From a virus, in the IMG/VR virus record IMGVR_UViG_3300042898_001439, positions 14,726 through 78,725 of that record: a stretch of DNA of 64,000 bases. One strand, 5' to 3'. Under the pieces are notes generated by a model. It did not search any database. It was not told the DNA's origin and saw nothing but the letters and a program-made list of their open reading frames with translations. Made by a program: the position numbers and the translations under genes. Each line of letters opens with the position of its first letter. Position 1 is the first letter of the stretch. Shown one piece after another: positions 55,889 through 64,000 of this stretch.

Positions 55889-56218
55889 CTACAAGTCTCT
55901 ATTTTGTACCCATTCTTCTGTACTAAGAAGTTCCAGTATTTCAGAATGATTATATTCAGGATACTCTGGTTTGTAAATAGATGGACGGCCATAAACACCC
56001 GCAGGTATAGTAATCATTAATGATTCACCCGTTTCTGAATTTACAGTTTCAACCTGTGTTTCTTCAGTTTCAACTAAGTTATATTTTATAAATGTTTTAC
56101 TACCATCTATAGAATATCTTAGTGTATCAGCAGAAGTTTCTAAAATTTCATCGAAGTTTATGTTTTGCACTTCGGTAGCAGGGATGACTAACCATCTACG
56201 GTTTACAAAATGTGTCAT
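55889..56218 (-). CDS. Small acidic protein accompanying LamG adhesins
   Basis: INFDEILETSADTLRYSIDGSKTFIKY...YNHSEILELLSTEEW. Confidence 0.7.
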   Translation of the reverse strand: MTHFVNRRWLVIPATEVQNINFDEILETSADTLRYSIDGSKTFIKYNLVETEETQVETVNSETGESLMITIPAGVYGRPSIYKPEYPEYNHSEILELLSTEEWVQNRDL

Positions 56219-56220
56219 AG

Positions 56221-57507
56221 TTAAGATATGTTATATCGTGATTTATAATGGTTAAAGTTTTGTAATACTTCTGCATCAGATAGTATTTTGTTGTATTGCT
56301 TAAAGACAGCCATCTCACCATTAAACTGAGAAGGTGCACCACCATACCATTGCTGAGAAATAGGATCATGACCTAAATACCAACGTTGTGTTGAAGATGC
56401 TGAAATATTAGCACCCTCAACAGTATTAGAAATATTTGCCTCTAATACACCATCAGTATAAATTTTCATTTGTTTATCATTATTGTTATAAGTAAAAACA
56501 ACATGATGCCAGTTACCATCAGTTACTACTTTAGATCCTTGTGGGTCTGATGATCCCCAACCGTGCCACTGTGCTCTATTGTTTTCAATGCCTAACCAAA
56601 ATCTTTCATAAAAAGTTATAGATGAAGCATTAGTCATCACAGCTAACGGCATCATAGAACCACCGTATGATCTAAAAATAATTTCAAAGCTTCTAGTATT
56701 AGAAGCGTACACTTGAGGATTTTCTATAACCACATGAGAGTTTGTTCCATCAAACTCTAATTGCATATTATTACCAAAAGGAGTATTAACTACAGTCACA
56801 GAACTACTATTACCTGTAAGATCTATTAATGACTCTGTTGCACTTCTAGTGGCTAAGGGTAAAAACATTTGTCTCGGATCTTGAATCTCCGTACCCTTTA
56901 CAAAGTTTACAGCAGCAAGTGAAACTTTATCAGCAACCCCATATTGATAATACCACATACCAGGAAAAAAGGAACTAGTATTTGCCGCTGTTGTCAAGTA
57001 ATTCCAAGCAAAATACCATCCATCTCCAAGATGTGTTCTTTGAGCTTCTGTGTGCACACCGTATTCAGTAACATATCCAGAAGGACCATACTGATAGTGA
57101 TACATAAAGTTTGGGTGAGTATAACCAGACTGAGTTTTATAGATAATAGAATACGTATAAGTGGTTGAGGGTTCAATTGGAACACCCCAGTCACCATATC
57201 TCCATAATGACGGACAGCAATAGCAATAACCATCACAACCACAACAGTTATAATCATTTCTAATTAAAACAAACTGAACGGTTCTTTCTCCAAGCTGAGG
57301 AATAAAAGCTTGCTCTTGTCCTACCTGAGTAAAAAAACTTTGACCATTTGCATAGTTTATCAAATTAGCATTACCTCCCCATTGAACAGGTGTACCAAGA
57401 ATATTTGTTCCTGGTTTACCCTTATAGGAATTAAGCATGTCTTTAGTGTCAATAGATAACACTAAAGAATCTTTTACTATTTGACCATATCCTTGCGCTA
57501 CTGCCAT
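56221..57507 (-). CDS. LamG/concanavalin-A-like lectin domain protein with inserted carbohydrate-binding-like domain
   Basis: DLTGN, FDGTNSH, WHHVVFTY...KIYTDGVL, YNKILSDAEVLQNF. Confidence 0.85.
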   Translation of the reverse strand: MAVAQGYGQIVKDSLVLSIDTKDMLNSYKGKPGTNILGTPVQWGGNANLINYANGQSFFTQVGQEQAFIPQLGERTVQFVLIRNDYNCCGCDGYCYCCPSLWRYGDWGVPIEPSTTYTYSIIYKTQSGYTHPNFMYHYQYGPSGYVTEYGVHTEAQRTHLGDGWYFAWNYLTTAANTSSFFPGMWYYQYGVADKVSLAAVNFVKGTEIQDPRQMFLPLATRSATESLIDLTGNSSSVTVVNTPFGNNMQLEFDGTNSHVVIENPQVYASNTRSFEIIFRSYGGSMMPLAVMTNASSITFYERFWLGIENNRAQWHGWGSSDPQGSKVVTDGNWHHVVFTYNNNDKQMKIYTDGVLEANISNTVEGANISASSTQRWYLGHDPISQQWYGGAPSQFNGEMAVFKQYNKILSDAEVLQNFNHYKSRYNIS

Positions 57508-57509
57508 AA

Positions 57510-58640
57510 CTAAATACCGTGTTGTGATTTAACAGCTGTATAATTTTCTAATACCTCTGACTCTACGAGAACTCTATTATATATCTTAAAGATAGGAAGA
57601 ATCATAGGAAAGTTATCTCCCGGTGTTCCACCTATATAATGAACAACTTGTGTAGTATTTAGACCTCCAGAATCTTTTAGATTACCATCAGTAGTTCTTA
57701 CAAGTACTCCATTTTTATAACACTTAAACTGACCGGTGCCGGCTTCATGAGTAAAAATAAAGTGTGTCATTTGATTAGCTGGTGCTGACACATATATACC
57801 TGTCGTATACCCCCAAGCAGAATCTCCATAGTTACTACTATTATTAACTCTTCTTAAGAAGTACAATAGATCTCCGGCCCAGTCTCCACGCATAAAAATT
57901 GTAAAGCCAAGTCCGCCAGCTCCATACATTAAATATCTAGAACCAACAAGATTATGAGTATGACGAAAAACAAATTCTACACTACAGCTTCCAGTAGGAT
58001 AAACTCCAGATGAAAGTGTTAAGTAATCATCTGTACCATCAAATACTATTTGTCCTGAAGCATCATATGAAAGGTTTGTAAGGGTAATTGTAGTATTACC
58101 TGTAAGATCCTTTAAAGCTTCAGTTGTAGATCTTGTTCCTGCAGTAAAGGGGCTAACATAAGGACCGGCTTCTATTTGAACATTTCTAACTGTTGGGGTT
58201 CTTCCTGTACCATAGATAGTATAAGTAGCAAGCATTGCTCTATTATCTCCGGGAGTGTTTGCTTGCCAAGTGGCATCTGGACCAACTGGTGTAATGTTAG
58301 GAAACACAAAACGTTGCCATTCTGGTGTTAAAGTTACCCATTGACCTACAAACCCATACTTAGTATATGAGCCATTTTGCATATAAACTAAGCAATCTCC
58401 AAAAATATTTCCTTTCATTTCCATTGAAAGGGTATATGGTATCAAACCATACGTTTCAAAAATTGGAACAAGATTATAGTATTGACCAAATTCTCCTCTA
58501 GGCATTACTTCAGTAGGATCACCTATAGTAGAAATATAATTCACTATAGGTTTACCAAAATAAGAGTTCTTAACGTCTTTCGTATTAAACGAAAACGTTA
58601 AACCCTGACTAACCGCTCTTGGTCCTACTTTAGTTGGCAT
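57510..58640 (-). CDS. LamG/concanavalin-A-like domain protein with inserted domain
   Basis: DLTGN, FDGTDDY, THFIFT...YKNGVL, KIYNRVL..SEVLENY. Confidence 0.85.
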   Translation of the reverse strand: MPTKVGPRAVSQGLTFSFNTKDVKNSYFGKPIVNYISTIGDPTEVMPRGEFGQYYNLVPIFETYGLIPYTLSMEMKGNIFGDCLVYMQNGSYTKYGFVGQWVTLTPEWQRFVFPNITPVGPDATWQANTPGDNRAMLATYTIYGTGRTPTVRNVQIEAGPYVSPFTAGTRSTTEALKDLTGNTTITLTNLSYDASGQIVFDGTDDYLTLSSGVYPTGSCSVEFVFRHTHNLVGSRYLMYGAGGLGFTIFMRGDWAGDLLYFLRRVNNSSNYGDSAWGYTTGIYVSAPANQMTHFIFTHEAGTGQFKCYKNGVLVRTTDGNLKDSGGLNTTQVVHYIGGTPGDNFPMILPIFKIYNRVLVESEVLENYTAVKSQHGI

Positions 58641-58653
58641 TATCTTTTCTTAT

Positions 58654-59364
58654 TTATACACCGTATCTACTACGATACATATTAAACGTCTGTTGTACCT
58701 GAGCAAGGGTATGGGCTTCATGATATATCATAAATACACCCATGTATCCGTTAAAAAACTTCCAACCCCACAAAGAACCTAATACACCTTGGTTTCCACC
58801 ACCAAAAAATTGTCCAGCACCGGTATCAGGGGTAAGAGTTCCGTTTAAAGCATCATTCAAATAAAGACTCATACTTGTTGAACTTGATCTTACCCATGCA
58901 ATTTGTGACCATGTGTTAGTAGGAACAGAAGTTCCAGCACTACCATAATATCTCCAATCACTCCAATACTGAGCTACACTAATCTTACCATTTTCTATGT
59001 AGTAACCAAGATTAACAGGACCACCACTCCAATGTGAAAATATAGCACCAGTTGAAGACAAAGGATATACCCAAACATAAACGGTACAAACTTCAGGTAA
59101 GAATAACGGGTTACTTGTATTAGACCCTAAATCAAATCTAATCTGATCATTACCACCATCAAACAGAAAAGATCCATTACCTAATGATGAAAATGCAGTT
59201 CCATTTGTTAAATTGCCAGTAGCATTTGCTGAATTATATGTTGAATTTTCAACAAGATTAATAGTAGAAGTTCCTCCAGTATAAGACTTTCCTAATACCG
59301 GATCCAAATAATATTGACGATTTAAAGCTATTCCTGGAATTCTAGGACCGTAATGTAGTGCCAT
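58654..59364 (-). CDS. LamG/concanavalin-A-like domain protein
   Basis: FDGGNDQ, WVYP, NTWSQIAWVR...LYLN, FNGYMG...VQQTFN. Confidence 0.85.
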   Translation of the reverse strand: MALHYGPRIPGIALNRQYYLDPVLGKSYTGGTSTINLVENSTYNSANATGNLTNGTAFSSLGNGSFLFDGGNDQIRFDLGSNTSNPLFLPEVCTVYVWVYPLSSTGAIFSHWSGGPVNLGYYIENGKISVAQYWSDWRYYGSAGTSVPTNTWSQIAWVRSSSTSMSLYLNDALNGTLTPDTGAGQFFGGGNQGVLGSLWGWKFFNGYMGVFMIYHEAHTLAQVQQTFNMYRSRYGV

Positions 59365-59378
59365 TGTATCAATATTAA

Positions 59379-59534
59379 TTATATAGCAGGATCTGCAACT
59401 CGTATAAACTCACAGGTATCACAAGCAGATAGCCAGTTTTGCTTTTGTTCAGATGTTGCAAAATCAGATTCTTCGTATATAGTTGTATATACGTTTATTC
59501 CATCTGATATTGATTCTTCTACTCTCATAATCAT
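59379..59534 (-). CDS. Small CxxC peptide (~50 aa, not in ORF track)
   Basis: MIMRVEESISDG...WLSACDTCEFIRVADPAI fills the gap between two tail genes. Confidence 0.5.
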   Translation of the reverse strand: MIMRVEESISDGINVYTTIYEESDFATSEQKQNWLSACDTCEFIRVADPAI

Positions 59535-59540
59535 TTATTA

Positions 59541-60620
59541 TTACGGTTTAACACTTGATGTCCAAGTTGCTCCTGTATTTGTAAGATTTACAGAACCAGT
59601 ATATAAACTTTGCGATGCTTGTGGATTAACATTTGTGGCAAACTCAAAATGATGAATAGGATAAGCTGGTTCAATATTAAGAGTATCAATAGTACTATAA
59701 GGTGTCCCACCATTATAATTAAAGTCAGGATTACCTAAATCACCATCATTTACCCAAGTAATCCAACCTAAATGACCATACCAAATACCTGGAATATTAG
59801 GTGAAGAACCACCCATTCTAGCTTGACCAAAATAAGCATACTGCTGACCGCCATATGGAATACCAACCGGACCACTACCATTAACACCTGTAATATACGT
59901 AGTATCTGTTAATAAGTCTCCATTCCAATAAACTTTAAAAATATCTTTTGCAGGAGTTCTATTTACGTCATAATCAAATTGAAGATGAACAAAACCATTA
60001 CTGTTTTTTTGTATGTTATTATTTGTATCACACCAAGTTTCTGGGGCACTAAGCCCTGTAATCGGCTGATTATTATTCCCCAATGGAATTTGCCATGTTC
60101 TAAAATTATTTGTACCTATACCCGCAGAAATTGTAAACGATATATAGTTTTCAGTATTATTACCATAAAAAGGATCATACGTAATTTCAGCATAATAACC
60201 ATTATCCTGATCTTGTATCCACCAAAAACCATGATAACGTTGATAACCAAGATCACCCTGAGAAGCATCTACGATATTAGCAGCGTTAGCCCATAGCATC
60301 ATAGCCCATTTTCCTTGTAAATTTGCTTGTAATACTTCATTAAATTTAAGTTGACCAGATGCAAGTTTATCTGTACCTTTTCCACCATCAAAATAATAAG
60401 AAGCTACGGCATGACCACAAGCTGCAGAGTGATTATAACTATACCACTCTGACATAGATGCAGGATTTGCCGATAATGGAAAAGGAGATGAGCAAGTATT
60501 AATTGCACCATATCCTCCATTCTCAGCAGTATCCAAAGAGATAGTAGCAGTACTAGATCTGCCTAACTCTGTGTTAATTTGACTCATTCTGATAAGTTGT
60601 CCACTACCTTGTAAAGCCAT
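59541..60620 (-). CDS. Tail-fibre tip adhesin-like protein (359 aa)
   Basis: N-terminal MALQGSGQLIRMSQINTELG...SMSEWYSY attachment-type module then aromatic beta-sandwich; follows the fibre gene. Confidence 0.65.
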   Translation of the reverse strand: MALQGSGQLIRMSQINTELGRSSTATISLDTAENGGYGAINTCSSPFPLSANPASMSEWYSYNHSAACGHAVASYYFDGGKGTDKLASGQLKFNEVLQANLQGKWAMMLWANAANIVDASQGDLGYQRYHGFWWIQDQDNGYYAEITYDPFYGNNTENYISFTISAGIGTNNFRTWQIPLGNNNQPITGLSAPETWCDTNNNIQKNSNGFVHLQFDYDVNRTPAKDIFKVYWNGDLLTDTTYITGVNGSGPVGIPYGGQQYAYFGQARMGGSSPNIPGIWYGHLGWITWVNDGDLGNPDFNYNGGTPYSTIDTLNIEPAYPIHHFEFATNVNPQASQSLYTGSVNLTNTGATWTSSVKP

Positions 60621-63600
60621 TAATTATTTCTTTAAGTTCATTAATTTGCTTTTGTTGTTCTTTAATAGCTTCAATTAAAAGAGCTGTAATGTTTCCATAT
60701 GAAACAGCATACATACCATTCTCATCTTGACTAACAACTTCTGGAACTACTTCAAGAATCTCTTGTGCAATAACACCAATCTTAGTAGACTTATCTTCAA
60801 TATCTGTACGGTTATATGACACTCCACGAAGTTTGAGCGTCTTATCAAGAGCTCCCTCTAAAGTTTCTACATTTTCTTTTACTCTTCCATCAGAAAATGC
60901 TGTAATATCACCAGTTGCAGTAACCGCGGCGTCAATATAACATACACTATTATATACGTCTACTACACTTCTCCATCCACCCCAGCCACCATTCCAACCA
61001 GAACGGTAGTACATTTTTCTGTCCTTACCGTTACTATTTACAGAATTTTCAGTTACATAAATCTGATAGTGATCTTCTCCAGAATTATAATAACTCATCA
61101 TAGAGCCATAATTATATGCGGTATCTGGTTTGTTAGTTCCTGTAGCATTATGTGCAGATGCAACAATAAATCTATTATTCAAATAATAGTCGTTCCAGTT
61201 ATTCCCATAAATAACACCGTAACGCTCAAGTCTATTTGCAGTAGTAGCAAAAGCTACAGACTGAGAACCAATGGTCGTGCTATCAATAACAGTGGCGTTG
61301 GTTCCGCCACCATAAGCGTTTTTAGAACAATATAATGTACCACCTTCCCAATAGAATTGCCATCCGTAGGAGTTGTTGTGAAATCCAGTTGTATTACTAC
61401 TTACATTAACCATAAGGCTAACATTTCCGTTGCTTCCTGAATCAAACTCTAATCCCCTCCAACTATTGCGAGAACCTGTTACTAGCCAAGAACCATAACT
61501 TCCATCATTTGGTCTTAAGTGAGCATTATTAGTCGGTGAATACAGACCGTAAATACCATTAAGCTGAATCCAGTTTTCTGGGATAAGGTATCCATTAGCA
61601 TTCCTTGTTGGGATTGTATTGGCAGTGCCAGCAACCGAGGCGTGGAAGCCATCTACGGTATCAGCGTTAACGGCACTGGCTACTGACTGACTTCCAATAT
61701 TTGCACTTGAAATAGCATATACCCAAGATTGGAATGTACCAGAACCTTGATAACTTCTAAACCATAATAAGTTATCATAATAACTCATTGCAACTTGGAA
61801 TCCGTGATAATTGCCTTGGTTACTGTGTCTAACATTTATAGAGTTATACCAAGTTGCTGAACCTGCAGGCCAGTTTGATCCACCACCACCATTTTCGTAA
61901 AACCCACTATTAACTTGTGAGTTAGCATCTGAATGACCTCCGATTAAAGAAGCATTTATCATCCAACTGGGTTTTGACGTTACATTGTCCCATGCCACGG
62001 AACCAGCACTACCTGTGATACTTCCTGATGATGTTATATATCCCGAGTTGTTAGTAAACTGAGAAATATTCATTGAAGTTAATGCTCCGGCCGTTGTAGC
62101 CGTTGCAGCATTACCACTAATGTTAATTTGATCTCCAGTGTTAGTTCCACTTAAATTACTTCCAGTTACAGTTCCTGTAACATATAAATTATTTAATACT
62201 CTAACGTGGTTATCTCCATTACCCACTGAAAAAATTTCAGTAGCCCAATTTGAGTCATTATAAAAACGAGTGCCGTTATAACCAGAGTTCGCTCCAATCT
62301 TTATACCTGTATGATACCCAATGCATAAATCTGGATAAGGATGAGTCCAACTGCCTCCTTGCTGGTAAATGGCATAACTATCTGGCATAGCCCCATTGCC
62401 AGAATCACCTCCTACACCAGTAAATGTCAAAATCTTAAATCTTGTAGAAGTATCTGCTGCAAGATTGCTTGCCGTTGTTGCAGTAGCAGCGTTTCCACTA
62501 ATGTTAGTTTGGTCACCTGTATTTGTACCACTAGATGATCCACTAAAGTTTGATGCTGTAAATGTTCCAGCAATCTGCATATTACCACTAGTGGCGTTTA
62601 ACGCTGCAACTGGAGTAACACCATTATTTCCCCAAGTGAATCCTCTACCTGTGCTCCCCGGGTCCATTTGAGTCTTTATGGAGTAGTCAATAACTGGTCC
62701 GTATTGATACAATCCTCCAACTCCCATTGAGATTTTATATTCGTCGCTACCTCCCCAGAATCTTAAACCATTACCTCCTCCTGCAGTTACATTGTAAAAT
62801 GGATTTACATTTCCGGCATTTGGTGCAGAACCTGCTGTGGTTGCATATGTTGCAGTTGCCGCATTTCCCGTTGTATTTTGGTTCCATGTCGGAATATTAC
62901 CTGAGTGGTAAACAGTGTATTCTGTTGTACCAGCACCAACTCTAACAACTAAACCATTTGTGTTAACTGGATTCAATACAATTATGTCATCCGCATCATT
63001 TGATACACCAATAACTAATCTATTTGCTTCACCTGATGAACCACCGATACCATATGCGTGGTATTGAATAAATCCAAAATCAGATGGATGGTTAATGTTT
63101 GTACCATCTTTTTCAGATTCAAAGAAAATACCACTTACACCAGTACTATTACCTTTTAGTACAATGTTATCCGCACCCGTTACATAATTTGATTCCGTTG
63201 TATATGTACCATATGAAAGTGAACCACTAACGGTTAATCCGCCAAGTGTAATGTTATTTGTTGTTGATGCTCCTCTTGTTGTTACACTGTTTAATGTATC
63301 AGTTTCAGTGTAACCAGTAATGTATCCCGCAGAAGCGTGGTTACCCCACCCATAAGCTGTGTTCCAGTTACTTATGTTGGTTGAACTAAAGTCTCTTGAG
63401 TCCCATATTTGATACTTATTACCAGCACCGTCAGACCAACCACCAACGTGTAATCTATTAGTTACATCATCCAGACCAAAGTGAACGGCATAATCACTTC
63501 CAATATGGAATGACATAAATGCATCATTACCTGCTTCAGACCTAACAGATAAAGCGTGGTTTCCAGCCTCTTGGCTAATATCTCCTACAGAACCAAATCT

Positions 63601-63999
63601 AGTAGCAGTAGTCCAGCTAGCTGCACTTAAAACTTGTGTACCTTTTACTATATAATCTGCACTTGCATGATTTCCCCATCCAAATGCTGTGTTCCAGTTT
63701 GCAGATGTTCCATAAGATGTAGTAGTAATAAGTCCATTAGTCCAGATACCATTACCAAGTGCAGTTAAAGTGGTACCATTGTTCATTACTAGAAGTTGGT
63801 GCTCAAGTCCAGCTTTAGATTGACCTCCTACGTTAGTGTGTGTCCAAGCAAGACCATATAAGTTTCCAGTACCTGTTCCATCAGCAAGTAACTTGTAATC
63901 GTTACTCATTGCAAACACGCCTTGATATCTAGTAGAAGCATAAACACCTACTAAACCGTATCCATAGTCGTTATCTGTATAAAGGTTACCTTGAACTCC
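60604..63999 (-). CDS. Tail fibre with C-terminal intramolecular chaperone (peptidase S74); 5' end outside window
   Basis: Frame open to the window edge; TAFSDGRVKENV...LRGVSY...GVIAQE...VSYGNITALLIEAIKEQQ; repeats NWNTA.GWGNHASA and GNAATATTA. Confidence 0.92.
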   Translation of the reverse strand, partial: GVQGNLYTDNDYGYGLVGVYASTRYQGVFAMSNDYKLLADGTGTGNLYGLAWTHTNVGGQSKAGLEHQLLVMNNGTTLTALGNGIWTNGLITTTSYGTSANWNTAFGWGNHASADYIVKGTQVLSAASWTTATRFGSVGDISQEAGNHALSVRSEAGNDAFMSFHIGSDYAVHFGLDDVTNRLHVGGWSDGAGNKYQIWDSRDFSSTNISNWNTAYGWGNHASAGYITGYTETDTLNSVTTRGASTTNNITLGGLTVSGSLSYGTYTTESNYVTGADNIVLKGNSTGVSGIFFESEKDGTNINHPSDFGFIQYHAYGIGGSSGEANRLVIGVSNDADDIIVLNPVNTNGLVVRVGAGTTEYTVYHSGNIPTWNQNTTGNAATATYATTAGSAPNAGNVNPFYNVTAGGGNGLRFWGGSDEYKISMGVGGLYQYGPVIDYSIKTQMDPGSTGRGFTWGNNGVTPVAALNATSGNMQIAGTFTASNFSGSSSGTNTGDQTNISGNAATATTASNLAADTSTRFKILTFTGVGGDSGNGAMPDSYAIYQQGGSWTHPYPDLCIGYHTGIKIGANSGYNGTRFYNDSNWATEIFSVGNGDNHVRVLNNLYVTGTVTGSNLSGTNTGDQINISGNAATATTAGALTSMNISQFTNNSGYITSSGSITGSAGSVAWDNVTSKPSWMINASLIGGHSDANSQVNSGFYENGGGGSNWPAGSATWYNSINVRHSNQGNYHGFQVAMSYYDNLLWFRSYQGSGTFQSWVYAISSANIGSQSVASAVNADTVDGFHASVAGTANTIPTRNANGYLIPENWIQLNGIYGLYSPTNNAHLRPNDGSYGSWLVTGSRNSWRGLEFDSGSNGNVSLMVNVSSNTTGFHNNSYGWQFYWEGGTLYCSKNAYGGGTNATVIDSTTIGSQSVAFATTANRLERYGVIYGNNWNDYYLNNRFIVASAHNATGTNKPDTAYNYGSMMSYYNSGEDHYQIYVTENSVNSNGKDRKMYYRSGWNGGWGGWRSVVDVYNSVCYIDAAVTATGDITAFSDGRVKENVETLEGALDKTLKLRGVSYNRTDIEDKSTKIGVIAQEILEVVPEVVSQDENGMYAVSYGNITALLIEAIKEQQKQINELKEIINGFTR

Positions 64000-64000
64000 A

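Noticed and set aside
59-62945. Numerous 60-137 aa alternative-frame and antisense ORFs in the track
   Set aside because: They lie within longer, motif-supported genes and show no recognisable features.
56221-63999. Diversity-generating retroelement acting on adhesins
   Set aside because: No reverse transcriptase and no adenine-specific template/variable repeat pair seen in the window.
1-64000. Stop-codon reassignment as in some crAss-like phages
   Set aside because: Genes up to 7.3 kb are intact in code 11 and tile the window; TAG and TGA both serve as real stops followed by coupled starts; no suppressor tRNA seen.

Overview
A 64 kb, AT-rich fragment of a crAss-like (Crassvirales-type) phage genome, most likely infecting an environmental Bacteroidota host. 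It reads in standard code 11. Positions 1-4570 (+ strand) are the end of the replication block: PD-(D/E)XK nuclease, family B DNA polymerase, DUF932-like and MazG-like proteins. These converge at a bidirectional terminator (~4671-4711) with one long minus-strand late block. In transcription order that block holds an S74-chaperone tail fibre, LamG adhesins, a Cys-rich FN3 cluster, a metallophosphoesterase, an IHF-like protein, ring and muzzle tail proteins, three modular 'xxGG' proteins, giant ejection proteins including the virion RNA polymerase (DFDID), a seven-gene host-envelope operon, holin, GH19 endolysin and PhoH. Four patterns stand out. (1) Four consecutive giant ejection proteins (6046 aa) carry only six cysteines, all at the facing termini of neighbouring genes, suggesting a head-to-tail disulfide chain. 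(2) The FN3 genes are split between strand A and strand B, suggesting a pilus-like donor-strand-complemented fibre. (3) The phage encodes a T9SS cohesin-dockerin / CsgG-like / beta-barrel envelope module. (4) A recurring intergenic promoter-like motif precedes late genes. All family calls come from motif recognition by eye; no searches were run.
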